Shown: positions 42,787 to 50,910 of the stretch, one piece after another | Numbering within the stretch: the stretch's first letter is position 1 | Layout of the letters: the number at the start of each line of letters is the position of its first letter | Made by a program: the position numbers and the translations under genes | The notes under the pieces: model-generated | Seen by the model: only the letters and a program-made list of their open reading frames with translations | Databases searched by the model: none | What the model was told of the DNA's origin: nothing | Assembly (NCBI GenBank): GCA_963797095.1 | Contig: CAWCNY010000002.1 | Span: forward strand, 608,001-672,000 | DNA from: an uncultured Chloroflexia bacterium | GTDB lineage: Bacteria; Chloroflexota; Chloroflexia; QHBQ01; JADMIH01 | Direction: 5' to 3' | DNA: 64,000 nt

Positions 42787-44178
42787 TTACTTGGTGCCCT
42801 GGATCTCCGCGAAATGGTCGAGTATGCGCGCTATATGACGGGCACCGTTGCGGAAGTCCTCTATGCGGACGTGCTCGTTGGGCGCGTGGGTGCGCGCACC
42901 GGGATAACCCACGCCGGGGCTTACCACCGTTATACCGAGGGGGCGGGCGAATGCGTATACCGGGCTGCTCCCTCCTGTCAGGGGTGTCAGCACCGACTTC
43001 TTCCCGTACACTTCCTCCCCGGTCTGGGCCGTCAGCACCACAAGCGGGTCGTCTGCCTCCCCCTTCGACGGCCACATTGCCCCCAACCATGTCAGCTTTA
43101 TATCGCTGAACCCCTGGTCGTCCAAATAGCGGCGCAGGTTATCGAATATCTCCTTCGGGTCCTGGTCGGGCACCAACCGGAAATCGACTTTTGCCGTGGC
43201 GATGGCCGGGATCACCGTCTTCATCCCCGGTCCCTGGTACCCGCCCCAAATGCCCGCGATATTGCAGGTCGGTTGGAACACCCCCCGCTTGTAGCTGTCG
43301 CCTGTGGCCCCGCGCACGAACCTCCGCTCCCCAAGCTCGTCAATGCCGAACTCGGCGCGAGCGCCCTCCTCGTCCGACGGAGAAGCGGCGAAAAGCTGCT
43401 CGTCAAGCTCCGAAGGAGGGAGCGCCCTGTCGTAGAAGCCTGGCACAAGGATGCGCTCATCGGGATCTTTGAGCGTCGTAAGCGCCCGGATCAGCCTCCA
43501 TGCCGCGTTGGGCAGCATGTGCGCCCCACCCGAGTGGGCATCGCGCTTGAGGGTCTGCGCCTGTAACTCCACCGCCAGTATGCCCCTGCGGCCAAGGGTG
43601 TTGCCCGGCCTACCCTCGTCATTGATCCCGCCCTCCTCCCAGATCGAGCCGTGCGACTTGAGCAGATCGAGGTGCTCCTGCACGAACTGGGCGATATGAG
43701 GGCTGGATATCTCCTCCTCCCCCTCAAGGATGAAGGTCACGCCGCAAGGCAATTCGCCGCCGTTGGCCGCGCGCGCCGCGTCGACCGCCGCCAACCGGGC
43801 TATGAACTCGCCCTTGTCGTCCTTGGCTCCACGCGCGTAGAGGGCGCCATCTCGCACCTCCGGCTCGAACGGGGGCGCTACCCACAGTTCCAGAGGTTCG
43901 GGAGGCTGCACATCGTAATGGTTGTAGAAGAGCATCGTGCGCTCCGACTTGCCCTTTGCGCGCCCCACCACGATCGGGTTGCCGGGCGTGTCGAACATCT
44001 GCGTCTCAAAGCCGTGGCGCTCCAATATAGTAGCCACCAGCCGCGCGCATTCCGCCATAACCGGGCGGTCGGCCTTTGCCGACACGCTCGGCACTCGGCA
44101 AAGCTCTGCCGTTTCGTCTATGTATTTGTCGAGATTTGAATCGATGAATGTATCTATCTGCTCTGCAATATCGGCCAT
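42787..44178 (-). CDS. M20/M25/M40 metallopeptidase (dipeptidase-like)
   Basis: Motifs YNHYDVQPPEP, RGAKDDKG, EGEEE and HAPNE. Start MADIAEQ behind AAAGGTG. Confidence 0.92.
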   Translation of the reverse strand: MADIAEQIDTFIDSNLDKYIDETAELCRVPSVSAKADRPVMAECARLVATILERHGFETQMFDTPGNPIVVGRAKGKSERTMLFYNHYDVQPPEPLELWVAPPFEPEVRDGALYARGAKDDKGEFIARLAAVDAARAANGGELPCGVTFILEGEEEISSPHIAQFVQEHLDLLKSHGSIWEEGGINDEGRPGNTLGRRGILAVELQAQTLKRDAHSGGAHMLPNAAWRLIRALTTLKDPDERILVPGFYDRALPPSELDEQLFAASPSDEEGARAEFGIDELGERRFVRGATGDSYKRGVFQPTCNIAGIWGGYQGPGMKTVIPAIATAKVDFRLVPDQDPKEIFDNLRRYLDDQGFSDIKLTWLGAMWPSKGEADDPLVVLTAQTGEEVYGKKSVLTPLTGGSSPVYAFARPLGITVVSPGVGYPGARTHAPNEHVRIEDFRNGARHIARILDHFAEIQGTK

Positions 44179-44419
44179 GATAAGTGCACCTTTCTCTGGA
44201 GGTAATGCAGGGAACCGCCTGCCGGAGTACCAGGGGTTGTCCCCTGGCCTTTCCTTGCTAACCGACCTCTCTCCTCCCCGTGGATACGTGCGGGGAGGTA
44301 GGGCTGGGACGTTATTGAATGGACGCTGTAGCATAAGGGAAGGCGTGGCAGCCGTCAAGGTGCGGTGGTATAATTCCATCCCGGACTCACGGCAAATCCC
44401 GGTAGAAAGGCGGTCTTGC

Positions 44420-44917
44420 ATGATGTTGGAACTACGTGTGAATGGGGCTTCTGTAGAGGTTGATGTAGACGAAAAGGAGTCTCTCCTCGCCGTCCTGCGC
44501 GAGCAACTGGGCCTGACGGGTGCCAAGTACAGCTGCGGCGAGGGCGAATGCGGCGCGTGTACCGTCCTCCTCGACGGCAAAGCGATCCGTTCCTGCATCA
44601 CCCCCGCAGGCGACGCCGTTGGCAAGGATGTGCTCACCATCGAGGGATTGGTACAGGATGGCGCGCTCCACCCTCTGCAAGAGGCCTTTCTCGACAACGG
44701 GGCTTTCCAGTGCGGCTACTGCACGCCAGGAATGATCATGTCGGGCGTGGCCCTGCTCAATAGCTGCCCCGACCCCACCGAGGAAGAGGTCGTGGCGGGC
44801 ATGCAGGGCAATATCTGCCGCTGCGGCACCTACCTCCGCATCGTTCGCGCCATCCGGCAGGCCGCCACCCCTCTCTCCACCCCCACCGTCCCACAGATCG
44901 AGGAGGCCACCCGATGA
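44420..44917 (+). CDS. 2Fe-2S small subunit of a xanthine oxidase-family Mo enzyme (IorA/CoxS-like)
   Basis: Motifs CGEGECGACTV, QCGYCTPG and NICRCGTY. Confidence 0.94.
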   Translation: MMLELRVNGASVEVDVDEKESLLAVLREQLGLTGAKYSCGEGECGACTVLLDGKAIRSCITPAGDAVGKDVLTIEGLVQDGALHPLQEAFLDNGAFQCGYCTPGMIMSGVALLNSCPDPTEEEVVAGMQGNICRCGTYLRIVRAIRQAATPLSTPTVPQIEEATR

Positions 44918-46956
44918 CCGCCGGTAGGGGACGCCCATCCCGGCAGCCTGTGGGCGAGCAGTCTTCCCCCGCCATAGGCGATTGGCTCCGCTTCCTGCCC
45001 GATGGTACGGTGCAGGTGCTGGCGGGCAAGGCCGAGGTGGGGCAGGGCATCCGCACATCGCTGGCCCTCGCCGTGGCCGAAGAACTGCGCCTCCCCCTCG
45101 ACCGGGTGCGCACCATCCTGGGCGATACCGCCCTCACCCCCTTCGACATGGGCACCTTCGGCAGCCGCACCACGCCCTACACCTCTCCCATCCTGCACAA
45201 AGTAGCCGCCTCCGCCCGCGAGCTACTCCTCGACCGCGCTACTACCATGCTCGGCGTGCCCCGCTCCGAGCTAACCGCTTCCGAAGGCAAGATCATCCAC
45301 TCGCCAAGCGGGAGCTCCCTGGCCTATTTCGATCTGGTAGATAACCCTGAAGGCGATCTCAACGACCTGTGGAGCGAGGATGCCCCCGTCACCCCGCCCG
45401 ACCAATGGACCATCGCGGGCAAACCCGCTTTCCGCGTAGATGGGCGCGACTTCGTCACCGGAAGCCATCGCTACACCTCGGATCAGGTGCTGCCCGGTAT
45501 GCTCCATGGGGCTGTGCTCCGTCCTCCCACGCTCAATGCGACCCTGGTTTCTGCCAACACGCGGGAAGCCGAAGCGATGCCGGGCGTGATCGTTGTGCGC
45601 GATGGCGATTTCGTCGGAGTGGCCGCCCCCACCCGGCGCGCCGCCCGCCAGGCCGTTGCCGCCATTCATGCGGAGTGGTCCACGCCCGACAGCAACGACC
45701 AGACCTCCTGGCAAAGCGTCTTCGACTACATCAAGACCCACCCATACGAGCCGCCTGCGCACCAGCACTGGGGCGGTCCCGACGTTTTCGAGGTTGGCTC
45801 TCTCGCGGAGGGGCGGGCCAATACTGCCCATATCCTTTCTGCGAATTACACCCTACCCTACATTGCGCACGCCCCTCTTGAGACGCGGGCAGCCCTTGCC
45901 GAGTGGCAGGGCGACCACCTCACCTTGTGGACAGGCACTCAGCGCCCCTTCGGCGTGCGCGGCGAGCTTGCCACCACCTTCGACATCCCCGAAGACAATG
46001 TGCGCGTCATTGTGCCCGACACCGGATCGGCCTATGGCGGCAAGCACTCAGGCGAGGCCGCTGTCGAGGCAGCCCGGTTGGCGAGGGGTGCAAGGCGACC
46101 TGTAAAGCTCCTCTGGTCCCGCGAGGAGGAGTTCACCTTCGCCTACGCCCGCCCGGCCGGGCTGATCGAGATCAGCAGCGCTACCACAGGCGATGGCCGG
46201 GTCACCGCCTGGGAGTACCATAACTACAATTCAGGCTCGGCGGGCATACGCACCCCCTACCCTGTGCCCAACCAGCTAGTGGCCTTCCACACCACTCAAT
46301 CCCCCCTGCACCAGGGTTCGTACAGGGCGCTGGCTGCCACCGCCAATCATTTTGCCCGCGAAAGCCACATGGACGAACTGGCCCATCTCCTGGGCCTCGA
46401 CCCGCTCGATTTCCGCCTGCGCAACCTCCCCGACGAAAGCGATCCTGTGCAGAGCCGTCTGCGCGCGGTGCTGCTGGCCGCCACCGAGCGTTTCGGCTGG
46501 GCAACCGAGCGCACCCAGGCGGAAGATCGCGGCTACGGTCTATCGTGTGGCACCGAGAAGGGGAGTTATGTCGCCACCTGCGCCGAGGTGGAGGTCGATA
46601 GCGCCAACCACCAAGTGCGCGTGCTGCGCGTGGTCGAGGCGTTCGAGTGTGGGGCCATAGTCAACCCTGAAGGGCTGGCGAACCAGGTGGAGGGCGCTAT
46701 CGTGCAGGCGCTGGGCGGCGCGCTGATGGAGCGGATCGAGTTCGCCAATAACAAAGTGCTCACCGCTCGCTTCTCGCGCTACCGGGTGCCGCGCTTCGCC
46801 GATGTGCCGCGCATAGAGGTCGTGCTGCTCGACCGCAAAGACCTGCCTTCGGCGGGCGCTGGCGAAACCCCCATCGTGGGGCTTGCCCCCGCCGTCGCCA
46901 ACGCCATATTCGACGCCACCCGACAGCGCCTGCGCGATCTCCCGCTTGTCCCGTAG
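44914..46956 (+). CDS. Molybdopterin-binding subunit, isoquinoline 1-oxidoreductase beta (IorB)-like
   Basis: Motifs GKAEVGQGIRT, AHAPLE, GSAYGGK, NQVEGA and GAGETP. ATGA overlap with the small subunit. Confidence 0.9.
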   Translation: MTAGRGRPSRQPVGEQSSPAIGDWLRFLPDGTVQVLAGKAEVGQGIRTSLALAVAEELRLPLDRVRTILGDTALTPFDMGTFGSRTTPYTSPILHKVAASARELLLDRATTMLGVPRSELTASEGKIIHSPSGSSLAYFDLVDNPEGDLNDLWSEDAPVTPPDQWTIAGKPAFRVDGRDFVTGSHRYTSDQVLPGMLHGAVLRPPTLNATLVSANTREAEAMPGVIVVRDGDFVGVAAPTRRAARQAVAAIHAEWSTPDSNDQTSWQSVFDYIKTHPYEPPAHQHWGGPDVFEVGSLAEGRANTAHILSANYTLPYIAHAPLETRAALAEWQGDHLTLWTGTQRPFGVRGELATTFDIPEDNVRVIVPDTGSAYGGKHSGEAAVEAARLARGARRPVKLLWSREEEFTFAYARPAGLIEISSATTGDGRVTAWEYHNYNSGSAGIRTPYPVPNQLVAFHTTQSPLHQGSYRALAATANHFARESHMDELAHLLGLDPLDFRLRNLPDESDPVQSRLRAVLLAATERFGWATERTQAEDRGYGLSCGTEKGSYVATCAEVEVDSANHQVRVLRVVEAFECGAIVNPEGLANQVEGAIVQALGGALMERIEFANNKVLTARFSRYRVPRFADVPRIEVVLLDRKDLPSAGAGETPIVGLAPAVANAIFDATRQRLRDLPLVP

Positions 46957-47112
46957 CATATTTCAGCTACAACTTTTGTTGAATTTGTATGAATTAATTC
47001 CCCCTCCGATCGGTGATAATAGCAGCGTTCCCTATTCCGTGGGAACGTAATGCAAAGGATGCGAGCCACCAACACGTGGACGCCACCGTAGAGCCAGGGA
47101 GGGCCTTAATTC

Positions 47113-48969
47113 ATGCGCAGTCGTACGCTCCAGTCTGCCACCGGGCGCATTGCCGGGTTGGTTATCGTCTGTCTCAGCATTGTTGCTGTTCTTGCCATCG
47201 CCTCCATCGGCTCGTCTAGTTCCGCCGAGGCGGGTGCTGCTGTCTCTTCCTCCGCCCCTTCTACCGCCCTCTGCCAGCAGTTCGGCGTCAACCTGAGCGC
47301 CGGGGAGTTCGGAAGTAACCTGCCGGGCATCTACGGGGTGGACTACCTCTATCCCGGTATCGACGCCGAGGGTTATGACAACGCCTGGGAAATGGACTAC
47401 TTCCACAGCAAGGGCCTTGATATGATCCGCCTCCCTCTCCAATGGGAGCGCCTTCAGCACGACCTCAACGGCCCACTCAGCGACTTTGACATAAACCTGA
47501 TCGACCAGGTGCTCGATAATGCAGCCGCCCACGGCATGAAAGTAGTGATCGGCCCCCACAACTTCGCACGCCGCACCATCGGCGGCGTTGACTACGTGAT
47601 CGGCTCCGCCCAGGTGCCCTACTCCGCCTTCACCGACTTCTGGCATCGCATGGCCCAGCACTTCGCGGGGCATCCCGGCCTCTACGGATATGCCCTCGAC
47701 AACGAGCCGCATGATACGGGTGGTCTATGGGTCACCGGCGGCGCGCAGGCGGGCATTAACGGCATACGTATGTCCGACACCGTGACCCCCATCATCGTGC
47801 CGGGTGATGGTTGGTCGGGTGCCTGGACGTGGCTCGATTCGGGCAACGACGCCCTCAAAACGCTCAACGACCCGTCGCATAACCTGATCTTTGAGGCGCA
47901 CCAGTACTTCGATGAGGATGGCGGAGGAGCCTATACGCTCTCCTACGACGCGCAGGGTGCCTACCCCAACCTCGGCGTTGACCGCCTGACAGAGTTCGTG
48001 AACTGGCTGCATACCAACAACCTCAAAGGTTTCCTGGGCGAGTATGGCGTGCCCGACGACGATCCGCGCTGGCTGACGATGCTGGGCAACGCTCTCGCCT
48101 ACCTTGAGGCCAACAACGACGTGATCGTTGGCGGTGCCGACTGGTCGGCTGGCCCCTGGTGGGACGCGGACTATAGGCTATCCGTAGAACCTACCGGCAC
48201 TTGGCCCGCTGTGACCGACCAGCCGCAGATGGCTGTCCTGCAAGCCCACACAGGCAACACAGCAGGCTGCGGCTCCACGCCCTCGCCTACACCGGGCGGA
48301 CCTCCGACCGCTACCGCCACTCCCGGCGGCTGTACGATATCGTTCACCGATGTGGAGCCTGGCAGCACATTCTATTCCTATGTGGCATGCCTGGTGTGCC
48401 GGGGCATCGTCAATGGCTACACCACCGGCTGCGAGACCGGCAGTCCCTGCTTCAAGCCGGGCGATAATGTAACGCGCGGACAGCTTTCCAAGATCGTGTC
48501 GATCTCGGCGGGCTTCGACGATGACCCCGGCGATCCGAGCTTCGAGGATGTGGCCCCAGGCTCCACCTTCTACGATTACGTGCAACGGCTGGCATCTCGC
48601 GGCTACATTGGCGGCTATCCCTGTGGTGGCCCAGGCGAGCCATGCGGTTCGGACAGCCTCCCCTACTTCCGCCCTAACGCTGGTGCGACCAGGGGCCAGC
48701 TTGCCAAGATCGTCTCCAACGCGGCGGGCTTAAACAGCCTCCCGACCGATCAATCGTTTGAGGACGTAGAGCCAGGCTCCACCTTCTACGATTACGTCGA
48801 GAGGCTGCATATGATAGGAGCGATAGGCGGCTACGACTGCGGTGGTCCCGGCGAGCCATGCGGCACCGGCAACCTGCCCTACTTCCGGCCAACCAACAGC
48901 GTAACTCGCGGGCAAACAACCAAGATCGTCACAAGCACCTTTTACCCTGTTTGTGTCTCTATTCACTAG
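47113..48969 (+). CDS. Secreted GH5 endoglucanase with C-terminal SLH domains
   Basis: Signal/TM segment, GVNLSAGEFG, IRLPLQWERLQ, NEP (acid/base), GEYG (nucleophile), PT linker and three SLH repeats (TRGQ). Confidence 0.92.
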   Translation: MRSRTLQSATGRIAGLVIVCLSIVAVLAIASIGSSSSAEAGAAVSSSAPSTALCQQFGVNLSAGEFGSNLPGIYGVDYLYPGIDAEGYDNAWEMDYFHSKGLDMIRLPLQWERLQHDLNGPLSDFDINLIDQVLDNAAAHGMKVVIGPHNFARRTIGGVDYVIGSAQVPYSAFTDFWHRMAQHFAGHPGLYGYALDNEPHDTGGLWVTGGAQAGINGIRMSDTVTPIIVPGDGWSGAWTWLDSGNDALKTLNDPSHNLIFEAHQYFDEDGGGAYTLSYDAQGAYPNLGVDRLTEFVNWLHTNNLKGFLGEYGVPDDDPRWLTMLGNALAYLEANNDVIVGGADWSAGPWWDADYRLSVEPTGTWPAVTDQPQMAVLQAHTGNTAGCGSTPSPTPGGPPTATATPGGCTISFTDVEPGSTFYSYVACLVCRGIVNGYTTGCETGSPCFKPGDNVTRGQLSKIVSISAGFDDDPGDPSFEDVAPGSTFYDYVQRLASRGYIGGYPCGGPGEPCGSDSLPYFRPNAGATRGQLAKIVSNAAGLNSLPTDQSFEDVEPGSTFYDYVERLHMIGAIGGYDCGGPGEPCGTGNLPYFRPTNSVTRGQTTKIVTSTFYPVCVSIH

Positions 48970-49033
48970 CCCGGCTTTTATGATATATTGTTCCCACATG
49001 CCAGGCTGGTGATATCTCCACCTATCTATGGTC

Positions 49034-49116
49034 GTACGTGATACGTGATACATGACGACAAGTGACAAGTGACGGGTGAATACGCAGTACGCAGTACGCA
49101 ATAGTCACGTATCACG
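49034..49116. repeat. Composite heptamer array (RTACRTG; GTGACAA; CGCARTA)
   Basis: Read directly, upstream of the RBS of the next gene. Confidence 0.75.
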
Positions 49117-49140
49117 AATCGCCCCGAAAGGAACCAGGAA

Positions 49141-50892
49141 TTGGTAGCTCAGATTGGCTTAGAAGCAGACGTTGCGGACATCAGCCTCTCCCCAGGTGAA
49201 ACGGCAGTTGTGCAACTTACTCTGTCCAACCTGGGACAGGTCGTGGACGCTTTCGATCTTCTGATTCGTAACCTGGACCCCGGTTGGTACACTTTCAAGC
49301 CGGCCGAGGTATCGCTCTTCCCCGGCGACAAGGCCCCGATTACACTCTTGCTCCACCCACCGGCCTCTGCCTCCATGCGCTCCGGCCAGTTTTCCTTCGA
49401 TGTTGAAGCCATCTCGCGTGATAACCCCGACGCTTCGACCTCCCTCTCCATAGGCTTCCAATTGGCGGCGATCAGCGATGTCTCGGTTGACCTTGTTCCG
49501 CAGAAAATCGTGGCCCACCATGGCACTTACACTTTGCTCCTCAAGAACCCCGGCAACGTTTCGCGCCCTGTGGTGTTGCACCCCAGCGATACCGATGAAT
49601 TCCTGCTGTTCAGCTTCGGCCAGGCGCAGGTAAGCTCCATCTCAGATGCGCCAATCGGCAAGAAAACCGACAATGCTCCCGATCCCGCTACCCAGCCATC
49701 CACCACTACAACCGACCCGGCAGCCGCTCCATCTCCACCATCGCCCGACGTCGGCGACGTGGCGGTGGGCCGTCCTGTCGGTGATGGCGGATCGCTGCCG
49801 CCCTCCCTCGACATGGCCTGGACGCTTCCGGGCAAAGACTCCGGCCAGGGCTATCTCGAACTGACCCTGCCCCCGGCCTACAAAGTAGAGTTACCTCTGC
49901 TTATCCGCACGAAGAAGCGTATCTGGTTCGGCAAGCGTGAGATCCCCTTCAGATTCCAGGTTGCCGCCACGCCCCCAGGTGTCGAATGGGAGCCGGGCGA
50001 GGCCCGCTACACATCGGGTGAGTTGGTCTACAAGCCCTATCTGGCTGCCCTCGCATTCCTGCCGCCCGCCTTGCGCTGGGCGCTCCTGGGCGCGCTTATC
50101 CTCATTCCCCTGGTCGCGCTGGCGCTGCTCCTCCCCAACGCTGTAGGCGGTGCGCCCACTTCTACCACCCCCACGCCCGATGCCGGGGCCAACGCCACCC
50201 AAACCGCGCTCGCTCAGGCCAATGCCAATGCGACGCAGACCGCCCAGGCCAACGCCAACGCCACTCGTACAGCTGAGGCCCAGGCCCAGGCCAATGCCAA
50301 TGCCACGCAGACCGCCCTCGCTCAAGCCAATGCCAACGTCGATGCCGATGCTACGGGCACAGCCCAGGCCATAACCAACGCCACGGGTACGGCAGTAGCC
50401 ATCCCACCTGAGATCGTAAGCTTTGCCTGGGCTCCACAGCCCGACGGCTCCTGGAGCGCGGTCTGGGAGGTAGTTGGTGCCGATTCGGTCAAGATCAACG
50501 ATAAGGACGTGGAAGCTAAAGGCTCACAGCCCCAGAGCGCCGACCCTGTCGAGGACCTGCACCTGGTAGCCACCAACCAGTATGGCACCGTCAATCGCGA
50601 CCTCGGCAAGCTCACACCTTCCCCACCCAAGATAAACACCTTCACCTCTGATGCCGCGGGCAATATCTGTAGAGGCTGCCAGGTGATCCTTACCTGGGAC
50701 ATTGCTGGGGCGGCCCAGGCATGGCTGGATGGCACGCCCATTCCCGACGACGCCCTCAACAATGGCACAGCCCTCAGAAACCCCCTCGAAACCACCGAGT
50801 ACTGGTTGCTCGCCATCAACGACGCAGGCCAGGTAGAGAGTATCGTCAGAGTTGGAGTGGTCCCAAGCCCCACGCCCAAACCCAAGCCCTGA
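49141..50892 (+). CDS. Single-pass membrane protein: COG1470/CisA-like Ig-type N-terminus, ANATQTA repeats, C-terminal Ig-like domains
   Basis: PGETAVVQLTLSNLGQVVDAF...VSLFPG...KNPGN...KRIWFG, then a TM helix and a low-complexity stalk. Confidence 0.75.
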   Translation: MVAQIGLEADVADISLSPGETAVVQLTLSNLGQVVDAFDLLIRNLDPGWYTFKPAEVSLFPGDKAPITLLLHPPASASMRSGQFSFDVEAISRDNPDASTSLSIGFQLAAISDVSVDLVPQKIVAHHGTYTLLLKNPGNVSRPVVLHPSDTDEFLLFSFGQAQVSSISDAPIGKKTDNAPDPATQPSTTTTDPAAAPSPPSPDVGDVAVGRPVGDGGSLPPSLDMAWTLPGKDSGQGYLELTLPPAYKVELPLLIRTKKRIWFGKREIPFRFQVAATPPGVEWEPGEARYTSGELVYKPYLAALAFLPPALRWALLGALILIPLVALALLLPNAVGGAPTSTTPTPDAGANATQTALAQANANATQTAQANANATRTAEAQAQANANATQTALAQANANVDADATGTAQAITNATGTAVAIPPEIVSFAWAPQPDGSWSAVWEVVGADSVKINDKDVEAKGSQPQSADPVEDLHLVATNQYGTVNRDLGKLTPSPPKINTFTSDAAGNICRGCQVILTWDIAGAAQAWLDGTPIPDDALNNGTALRNPLETTEYWLLAINDAGQVESIVRVGVVPSPTPKPKP

Positions 50893-50910
50893 GCACCCAA
50901 AGAAAACGCC

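Noticed and set aside
44179-44697. N-terminal extension of the M20 peptidase (636-aa ORF) and of the 2Fe-2S protein (326-aa ORF)
   Set aside because: Each extension is the antisense of the divergent neighbour. Family homology starts at 44178 and 44420.
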